Source: Eledone cirrhosa
Taxonomy: Eukaryota
Length of the DNA: 64,000 nucleotides
Direction of reading: 5' to 3'
NCBI GenBank assembly: GCA_964016885.1
Contig: OZ024752.1
Coordinates: 23,312,001-23,376,000, forward strand
Shown here piece after piece: positions 54,501 to 64,000 of this stretch. The first letter of the stretch is position 1. Every line of letters starts with the position of its first letter. The notes under the pieces were generated by a model. It saw nothing but the letters and a program-made list of their open reading frames with translations, was not told the origin of the DNA and made no database searches. The translations under genes were made by a program, and so were the position numbers.

Positions 54501-57500
54501 CATTCTATCTGAATTTATAACGACTGTCATTCTATCTGACGTTCTAACCACTGTCATTCTCTCTGACGTTCTAGCGACTGTCATTCTATCTGACGTTCTA
54601 GCTATTGTCATCCTATCTGACGTTCTAGCGACTGTCATTCTATCTGATGTTCCAACGACTGTTATTCTATCTGACGTCCTAGCTACTGTCATTCTACTGA
54701 CGTTCTAACGACTGTAATTTTATCTGACGTTCTAACGACTGTCATTCTATCTGACGTTCTAACCACTGTCATTCTATCTGACGTTCTAACGACTGTCATT
54801 TTATCTGACGTTCTAACGACATTCATTCTATCTGACGTTCTAACCACTGTCATTCTATCTGACGTTCTAACCACTGCCATTCTATCTGACGTTATAGCGA
54901 CTGTCATTCTACCTGACGTTCTAGCGACTGCCATTCTATCTGACGTTCAAAGCAGTCATTCTATCTGACGTTCTAGCGATGTCATTCTCTCTGATGTTCT
55001 AACGACTGTCATTCTATCTGCCGTTTTAGAGACTGTCATTCTATCTTACGTTATAACAACTGTCAGTCTATCTGATGTTCTAACGACTATCATTCTATCT
55101 GATGTCCTAACGACTGTCATTCTATCTGACGTACGAGCGACTGTCATTCTATGTGACGTTCTAACGACTGTCATTCTATCTGACGTTCTAACGACTGTCA
55201 TTCTAACTGACATTCTAGCGACTGTCATTCAATCTGACGTTCTAACCACTGTCATTTTATCTGCCGATCTAGCGACTGTCATTCTATCTGAATTTCTAAC
55301 GACTGTCATTCTATATCACGTTCTAACCACTGTCAATCTCTCTGACGTTCTAGCGACTGTCATTCTATCTGACGTTCAAACGTCTGTCATTCTATCTGAC
55401 GTTCTAGCGACTGTCATTCTATCTGAGCTCTAACGACTGTCATTCTATCTGACGTCCTAGCGACTGTCATTCTATCTGACGTTCTAACGAATGTCATTCT
55501 ATCTGACGTTCTAACGACTGTCATACTATCTGACGTTCTAACCACTGTCATTCTATCTGACGTTCTAGCGACTGTCATTCTATCTGACGTTCTAACGACT
55601 GTCATTCTATCTGACAATCTAGCGACTGTCATTCTATGTGACGTTCTAACCACTGTCATTCTACCTGACGATCTAGCGTCTGTTATTCTATCTGAATTCC
55701 TAACGACTGTCATTCTATATCACGTTCTAACCACTGTCAATCTCTCTGACGTTCTGGCGACGGTCATTCTACCTGACGTTCTAACGACTGTCATACTATC
55801 TGACGTTCTTACAACTGTCATTCTATCTGACGTTCTAGCGACTGTCATTCTATTTCATGTTCTAAAGACTGTCATTCTATCTGACATTCTAGCGCTTGTC
55901 ATTCTATCTTACGTTCTAACAACTGTCATTCTATCTGACGTTCTAGCGACTGTCATTCTATCTGACGTTATAACAACTGTCATTCTATCTGATGTTCTAA
56001 CGCCTGTCATTCTATCTGACGTTCTAACAATTGTCATTCTATCTGATGTTCTAGTGACTGTCATTCTATCTGACGTTCTAACAACTGTCATTCTATCTGA
56101 CGTTCTAACGACTGTAATTCTATCTGACGTCCTAACGCCTGTCATTATATTTGACGTACTAACGACTGTCATTCTATATATCGTTCTAACCACTGTCATT
56201 CTATCTGACGTTCTAGCGACTGTCATTCTATTTGATGTTCTAACGACTGTCATTCTATCTGACCTTCTAACTACTGTCATTCTATCTGACGTTCTAACGA
56301 CTGTAATTCTATCTGACGTTCTAACGACTGTCATTCTATCTGAATTTTTAACAACTGTCATTCTATCTGACGTTCTAGCGACTGTCATTCTATCTGACGT
56401 TCTAGCTATTGTCATCCTATCTGACGTTCTAGCGACTGTCATTCTATCTGATGTTCAAACGACTGTTATTCTATCTGACGTCCTAGCTACTGTCATTCTA
56501 CTGACGTTCTAACGACTGTAATTTTATCTGACGTTCTAACGACTGTCATTCTAACTGACGTTCTAACAACTGTCATTCTATCTAACGTTCTAACGACAGT
56601 CATTATATCTGACGTTCTAGCGACTGTCAGTCTATCTGACGTTCTTACAACTGTCATTCTATCTTCCGTTTTAGAGACTGTCATTCTATCTTACGTTCTA
56701 ACAACTGTGAGTCGATCTGACGTTCTAACGATTGTCATTCTATCTGACATTCTAGCGAGTGTCATTCTATCTGACGTTCTAACGACTGTCAATCTCTCTG
56801 ACGTTCTGGCGACCGTCATTCTACCTGACGTTCTAACGACTGTCATACTATCTGACGTACTTACCACTGTCATTCTATCTGACGTTCTAGCGACTGTCAT
56901 TCTATCTGACGTTCTAGCGATTGTCATCCTATCTGACGTTCTAACGACTGTCATTCTATCTGACGTTCTAACAAATGTCATCCTATCTGACGTCCTAGCG
57001 ACTGTCATTCTACCTGACGTTCTAGCGACTGTCATTCTATCTGACGTTCTACCAATGTCATTCTATCTCATGTTCTAACGACTGTCATACTATCTGGCGT
57101 TCTAACCACTGTCATTCTATCAGACATTCTAGCGATTGTCATCCTATCTGACGTTCTAACGACTGTCATTCTATCTGACGTTCTAACGAATGTCATTCTA
57201 TCTGAGGTCCTAGCGACTGTCATTCTATCTGACGTTCTAACGACTGTCATTTTATCTGACGTTCTAACGACTGTCATTCTATCTGACGTTCTAGCGACTG
57301 TCGTTCTATCTGACGTTCTAGCGACTGTCATTCTATCTGACGTTCTAACAACTGTAATTCTATCTGACGTTCTAACGACTGTAATTCTATCTGACGTTCT
57401 AACGACTGTCATTCTATCTGGATTTATAACGACTGTCATTCTATCTGACGTTCTAACCACTGTCATTCTCTCTGACGTTCTAGCGACTGTCATTCTATCT

Positions 57501-57537
57501 GACGTTCTAGCTATTGTCATCCTATCTGACGTTCTAA
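51550..57537. repeat. 3367-bp-offset duplication (about 51550-54170 vs 54917-57537) with a nested 458-bp duplication at about 54040-54950
   Basis: ORF pairs 51679/55046, 52047/55414, 52687/56054, 53324/56691 and 53701/57068 have offset 3367. The caaagcagtc marker is at 51581/54948. The ctactgac marker is at 54236/54694 (offset 458). Confidence 0.9.
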
Positions 57538-60475
57538 CAACTGTCAGTCTATCTCATGTTCTAACGACTATCATACTATCTGATGTCCTAACGACTGTCA
57601 TTCTATCTGACGTTCTAGCGACTGTCATTCTATGTGACGTTCTAACGACTGTCGTTCTAACTGACATTCTAGCGACTGTCATTCTATCTGACGTTCTAAC
57701 CACTGTCATTCTATCTGCCGATCTAGCGACTGTCATTCTATCTGAATTTCTAACGACTGTCATTCTATATCACGTTCTAACCACTGTCAATCTCTCTGAC
57801 GTTCTAGCGACTGTCATTCTATCTGAATTCCTAACGACTGTCATTCTATATCACGTTCTAGCGACTGTCATTCTATCTGAGTTCTAACGACTGTCATTCT
57901 ATCTGACGTCCTAGCGACTGTCATTCTATCTGACGTTCTAACGAATGTCATTCTATCTGACGTTCTAACGACTGTCATACTATCTGACGTTCTAACCACT
58001 GTCATTCTATCTGACGTTCTAGCGACTGTCATTCTATCTGACGTTCTAACGACTGTCATTCTATCTGACATTCAAGCGACTGTCATTCTATGTGACGTTC
58101 TAACCACTGTCATTCTATCTGACGATCTAGCGTCTGTTATTCTATCTGAATTCCTAACGACTGTCATTCTATATCACGTTCTAACCACTGTCAATCTCTC
58201 TGACGTTCTGGCGACGGTCATTCTACCTGACGTTCTAACGACACTCATACTATCTGACGTTCTTACCACTGTCATTCTATCTGACGTTCTAGCGACTGTC
58301 ATTCTATTTCATGTTCTAAAGACTGTCATTCTATCTGACATTCTGGCGACCGTCATTCTACCTGACGTTCTAACGACTGTCATACTATCTGACGTACTTA
58401 CCACTGTCATTCTATCTGACGTTCTAGCGACTGTCATTCTATCTGACGTTCTAGCGATTGTCATCCTATCTGACGTTCTAACGACTGTCATTCTATCTGA
58501 CGTTCTAACAAATGTCATCCTATCTGACGTCCTAGCGACTGTCATTCTACCTGACGTTCTAGCGACTGTCATTCTATCTGACGTTCTACCAATGTCATTC
58601 TATCTCATGTTCTAACGACTGTCATACTATCTGGCGTTCTAACCACTGTCATTCTATCAGACATTCTAGCGATTGTCATCCTATCTGACGTTCTAACGAC
58701 TGTCATTCTATCTGACGTTCTAACGAATGTCATTCTATCTGAGGTCCTAGCGACTGTCATTCTATCTGACGTTCTAACGACTGTCATTTTATCTGACGTT
58801 CTAACGACTGTCATTCTACCTGACGTTCTAACGACACTCATACTATCTGACGTTCTTACCACTGTCATTCTATCTGACATTCTAGCGAGTGTCATTCTAT
58901 CTGACGTTCTAACGACTGTCAATCTCTCTGACGTTCTGGCGACCGTCATTCTACCTGACGTTCTAACGACTGTCATACTATCTGACGTACTTACCACTGT
59001 CATTCTATCTGACGTTCTAGCGACTGTCATTCTATCTGACGTTCTAGCGATTGTCATCCTATCTGACGTTCTAACGACTGTCATTCTATCTGACGTTCTA
59101 ACAAATGTCATCCTATCTGACGTCCTAGCGACTGTCATTCTACCTGACGTTCTAGCGACTGTCATTCTATCTGACGTTCTACCAATGTCATTCTATCTCA
59201 TGTTCTAACGACTGTCATACTATCTGGCGTTCTAACCACTGTCATTCTATCAGACATTCTAGCGATTGTCATCCTATCTGACGTTCTAACGACTGTCATT
59301 CTATCTGACGTTCTAACGAATGTCATTCTATCTGAGGTCCTAGCGACTGTCATTCTATCTGACGTTCTAACCACTGTCATTTTATCTGACGTTCTAACGA
59401 CTGTCATTCTATCTGACGTTCTAGCGACTGTCGTTCTATCTGACGTTCTAGCGACTGTCATTCTATCTGACGTTCTAACAACTGTAATTCTATCTGACGT
59501 TCTAACGACTGTAATTCTATCTGACGTTCTAACGACTGTCATTCTATCTGAATTTATAACGACTGTCATTCTATCTGACGTTCTAACCACTGTCATTCTC
59601 TCTGACGTTCTAGCGACTGTCATTCTATCTGACGTTCTAGCTATTGTCATCCTATCTGACGTTCTAACAACTGTCAGTCTATCTCATGTTCTAACGACTA
59701 TCATACTATCTGATGTCCTAACGACTGTCATTCTATCTGACGTTCTAGCGACTGTCATTCTATGTGACGTTCTAACGACTGTCGTTCTAACTGACATTCT
59801 AGCGACTGTCATTCTATCTGACGTTCTAACCACTGTCATTCTATCTGCCGATCTAGCGACTGTCATTCTATCTGAATTTCTAACGACTGTCATTCTATAT
59901 CACGTTCTAACCACTGTCAATCTCTCTGACGTTCTAGCGACTGTCATTCTATCTGAATTCCTAACGACTGTCATTCTATATCACGTTCTAGCGACTGTCA
60001 TTCTATCTGAGTTCTAACGACTGTCATTCTATCTGACGTCCTAGCGACTGTCATTCTATCTGACGTTCTAACGAATGTCATTCTATCTGACGTTCTAACG
60101 ACTGTCATACTATCTGACGTTCTAACCACTGTCATTCTATCTGACGTTCTAGCGACTGTCATTCTATCTGACGTTCTAACGACTGTCATTCTATCTGACA
60201 TTCAAGCGAGTGTCATTCTATGTGACGTTCTAACCACTGTCATTCTATCTGACGATCTAGCGTCTGTTATTCTATCTGAATTCCTAACGACTGTCATTCT
60301 ATATCACGTTCTAACCACTGTCAATCTCTCTGACGTTCTGGCGACGGTCATTCTACCTGACGTTCTAACGACACTCATACTATCTGACGTTCTTACCACT
60401 GTCATTCTATCTGACGTTCTAGCGACTGTCATTCTATTTCATGTTCTAAAGACTGTCATTCTATCTGACATTCTA
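56740..60475. repeat. 2130-bp-offset duplication (about 56740-58345 vs 58870-60475) with a third partial copy between them
   Basis: ORF pairs 57068/59198, 57554/59684 and 57868/59998 have offset 2130. The block carrying gacgtactta and ctcatgtt...ctggcgtt occurs three times (~56854, ~58391, ~58984). Confidence 0.9.
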
Positions 60476-63400
60476 GCGCTTGTCATTCTATCTGACGTTC
60501 TAACAACTGTCATTCTATCTGAGTTCTAGCGACTGTCATTCTATCTGACGTAATAACAACTGTCATTCTATCTGACGTTCTAACGACTGTAATTCTATCG
60601 GACGTTCTAACGCCTGTCATTCTAACTGACGTTCTAACAACTGTCATTCTATCTGACGTTCTAGCGACTGTCATTCTATCTGACGTTCTAACTACCGTCA
60701 TTCTATCTGATGTTCTAACGCCTGTCATTCTATCTGACGTTCTAACAATTGTCATTCTATCTGATGTTCTAGTGACTGTCATTCTATCTGACGTTCTAAC
60801 AACTGTCATTCTATCTGACGTTCTAACGACTGTAATTCTATCTGACGTCCTAACGCCTGTCATTATATTTGACGTACTAACGACTGTCATTCTATATATC
60901 GTTCTAACCACTGTCATTCTATCTGACGTTCTAGCGACTATCATTCTATTTGATGTTCTAACGACTGTCATTCTATCTGACGTTCTAACTACTGTCATTC
61001 TATTTGACGTTCTAACGACTGTAATTCTATCTGACGTTCTAACGACTGTCATTCTATCTGAATTTTTAACAACTGTCATTCTATCTGACGTTCTAACCAC
61101 TGTCATTCTCTCTGACGTTCTAGCGACTGTCATTCTATCTGACGTTCTAGCTATTGTCATCCTATCTGACGTTCTAGCGACTGTCATTCTATCTGATGTT
61201 CCAACGACTGTTATTCTATCTGACGTCCTAGCTACTGTCATTCTACTGACGTTCTAACGACTGTAATTTTATCTGACGTTCTAACGACTGTCATTCTATC
61301 TGACGTTCTAAACACTGTCATTCTATCTGACGTTCTAACGACTGTCATTTTATCTGACGTTCTAACGACATTAATTCTATCTGACGTTCTAACCACTGTC
61401 ATTCTATCTGACGTTCTAGCCACTGTCATTCTATCTGACGTTCTAGCGACTGTCATTATATTTCATATTCTAAAGACTGTCATTCTATCTGACATTCTAG
61501 CGCTTGTCATTCTATCTGACGTTCTAACAACTGTCATTCTATCTGACGTTCTAGCGACTGTCATTCTATCTGACGTTATAACAACTGTCATTCTATCTAA
61601 CGTTCTAACGACAGTCATTATATCTGACGTTCTAGCGACTGTCAGTCTATCTGACGTTCTTACAACTGTCATTCTATCTTCCGTTTTAGAGACTGTCATT
61701 CTATCTTACGTTCTAACAACTGTGAGTCGATCTGACGTTCTAACGATTGTCATTCTATCTGACATTCTAGCGAGTGTCATTCTACCTGACGTTCTAACGA
61801 CTGTCAATCTCTCTGACGTTCTGGCGACTGTCATTCTACCTGACATTCTAACGACTGTCATACTATCTGACGTTCTTACCACTGTCATTCTATCTGATGT
61901 TCTAGCGACTGTCATTCTATCTGACGTTCTAGCGATTGTCATCCTATCTGACGTTCTAACGACTGTCATTCTATCTGACGTTCTAACAAATGTCATCCTA
62001 TCTGACGTCCTAGCGACTGTCATTCTACCTGACGTTCTAGCGACTGTCATTCTATCTGACGTTCTATCAATGTCATTCTATCTGATGTTCTAACGACTGT
62101 CATACTATCTGACGTTCTAACCACTGTCATTCTATCAGCCATTCTAGCGATTGTCATCCTATCTGACGTTCTAGCGACTGTCGTTCTATCTGACGTTCTA
62201 GCGACTGTCATTCTATCTGACGTTCTAACAACTGTAATTCTATCTGACGTTCTAACGACTGTAATTCTATCTGACGTTCTAACGACTGTCATTCTATCTG
62301 AATTTATAACGACTGTCATTCTATCTGACGTTCTAACCACTGTCATTCTATCTGACGTCCTAGCGACTGTCATTCTCTCTGACGTTCTAGCGACTGTAAT
62401 TCTATCTGACGTTCTAGCTATTGTCATCCTATCTGACGTTCTAGCAACTGTCAGTCTATCTGACGTTCCAACGACTGTTATTCTATCTGACGTCCTAGCG
62501 ACTGTCATTTTATCTGACGTTCTAACCACTGTCATTCAATCTGACGTTCTAATGACTCATTTTATCAGAGGTTCTAACGACTGTCGTTCTATCTGACGTT
62601 CTAGCGACTGTCATTCTATTTCATGTTCTAAAGACTGTCATTCTATCTGACATTCTAGCGACTGTCATTCTATCTGACGTTCTAGCGACTGTCATTCTAT
62701 CTGACGTTCTAACCACTGTAATTCTATCTGACATTCTACCGACTGTAATTCTATCTGACGTTCTAACGACTGTCATTCTATCTGACGTTCTAACAACTGT
62801 CATTCTATCTAACGTTCTAACGACTGTCATTATATCTGACGTTCTAGCGACTGTCATTCTATCTGACATTCTAACGACTGTCATTCTATCTGACGTTCTA
62901 GCGACTGTCATTCTACCTGACGTTCTAGCGACTGTCATTCTATCTGAAGTTCTAACGACTGTCATTTTATCTGATGTGCTAACGATGCCATTCTATCTGA
63001 CGTTCTAGCGACTGTAACTTTATCTGACTTGCTAACGACTGCCATTCTACCTGACGTTCTAGCGACTGTCATTCTATGTGACGTTCTAACAACTGTCATT
63101 CTACCTGACGTTCTAACGATTGTCATTCTATCTGACGTTCTAACCACTGTCATTCTATCTGACGTTCTAGCGACAGTCATTCCATCTGACTTTCAAACGA
63201 CAGTCATTCTATCTGATGTTCTAACGACTGTCATTCTATCTGACATTCTAGCAACTGTCATTCTAACTGACGTTCTAACAACTGTCATTCTATCTAACGT
63301 TCTAACGACAGTCATTATATCTGACGTTCTAGCGACTGTCAGTCTATCTGACGTTCTTACAATTGTCATTCTATCTTCCGTTTTAGAGACTGTCATTCTA

Positions 63401-64000
63401 TCTTACGTTCTAACAACTGTGAGTCGATCTGAAGTTCTAACGATTGTCATTCTATCTGACATTCTAGCGAGTGTCATTCTATCTGACGTTCTAACGACTG
63501 TCAATCTCTCTGACGTTCTGGCGACTGTCATTCTACCTGACGTTCTAACGACTGTCATAATATCTGACGTTCTTACCACTGTCATTCTATCTGACGTTCT
63601 AGCGACTGTCATTCTATCTGACGTTCTAGCGATTGTCATCCTACCTGACGTTCTAACGACTGTCATTCTATCTGACGTTCTAACAAATGTCATCCTATCT
63701 GACGTCCTAGCGACTGTCATTCTACCTGACGTTCTAGCGACTGTCATTCTATCTGACGTTCTACCAATGTCATTCTATCTGATGTTCTAACGACTGTCAT
63801 ACTATCTGACGTTCTAACCACTGTCATTCTATAAGACATTCTAGCGATTGTCATCCTATCTGACGTTCTAACGACTGTCATTCTATCTGACGTTCTAACG
63901 AATGTCATTCTATCTGAGGTCCTAGCGACTGTCATTCTATCTGACGTTCTAACGACTGTCATTTTATCTGACGTTCTAACGACTGTCATTCTATCTGACG

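Larger units (their letters stand above)
1..64000. repeat. 27-bp tandem satellite array, consensus ACTGTCATTCTATCTGACGTTCTA(A/G)CG, about 2,370 head-to-tail monomers, extending beyond both window ends
   Basis: The unit reads directly from base 1 (actgtcattctatctgacgttctaacg, then actgtcattctatctgacgtcctagcg) to the last base. Most copies are 0-3 substitutions from consensus, with occasional 12, 17, 25, 26 and 28 bp length variants. All ORFs have 9-aa periodicity. Confidence 0.99.

Noticed and set aside
322-63989. All listed ORFs as protein-coding genes (mucin-, ice-binding- or solenoid-like 9-aa repeat proteins)
   Set aside because: They have no unique N- or C-terminal domains, ORFs overlap on both strands, ends are set by recurrent 1-2-bp deletions and point-mutation stops, and variants hit all codon positions. 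Openness follows from a 27-bp unit.
1-64000. CRISPR array (27 bp is within direct-repeat size range, weak dyad GTCA/TGAC)
   Set aside because: Repeats abut with no unique spacers, and there is no leader or cas gene.
1-64000. Telomerase-synthesised long telomeric repeat (as in some budding yeasts with ~23-26-bp units)
   Set aside because: Variants are inherited in multi-kb duplicated blocks, which implies DNA-level recombination, not re-copying from one RNA template. There are no G-runs, and the array is far longer than such telomeres. A subtelomeric location is not excluded.
1-64000. Variant order as an information code, or a cassette library for antigenic variation or diversity generation
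   Set aside because: The variant order is explained by nested duplication and deletion. No expression locus, recombinase, reverse transcriptase or template/variable-repeat pair is present in the window.
1-64000. Pure sequencing artefact (rolling-circle or concatemer product)
   Set aside because: Position-restricted, hierarchically shared variants and CpG-type changes are not expected from random read error or a single circular template. Individual near-identical blocks could still be mis-assembled.
1-64000. Plasmid or phage iteron origin
   Set aside because: Iterons occur in a few to tens of copies beside a rep gene and an AT-rich region. Neither is present, and copy number here is in the thousands.
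1-64000. Nucleosome-length (6-7 monomer, 162-189 bp) higher-order period
   Set aside because: I could see no consistent 6- or 7-monomer periodicity of variants by eye. The observed repeats are irregular and kb-scale. An autocorrelation would be needed to exclude a weak signal.

Overview
The whole 64-kb window is one uninterrupted, single-orientation tandem array (satellite DNA) of a 27-bp monomer, consensus ACTGTCATTCTATCTGACGTTCTA(A/G)CG. That gives about 2,370 copies (64000/27), about 41% GC, and a pyrimidine-rich + strand. I saw no unique sequence, transposon, RNA gene, CRISPR spacer or inversion. All ORFs in the track are by-products of a 27-bp unit that is stop-free in one frame per strand (+ TVILSDVLT, - MTVVRTSDR), and none is supported as a gene. 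The informative structure lies in the monomer variants. They define a layered array (zone A 1-17 kb, mixed zone 17-22 kb, B 22-38 kb, C 38-49.6 kb, D 49.6-64 kb) built by successive multi-kb tandem duplications of changing size (offsets 4756/4621, 2061, 2583/2422, 3955, 940, 3866, 3367, 458, 2130 bp). They also record stepwise mutation series, microhomology deletions, one apparent long-range template-switch insertion and a two-strand CpG-transition signature that suggests a methylated eukaryotic locus. I found no convincing novel gene system. The host and function (centromeric, subtelomeric or interstitial) cannot be determined from this window. Marker lists were read by eye and may be incomplete.
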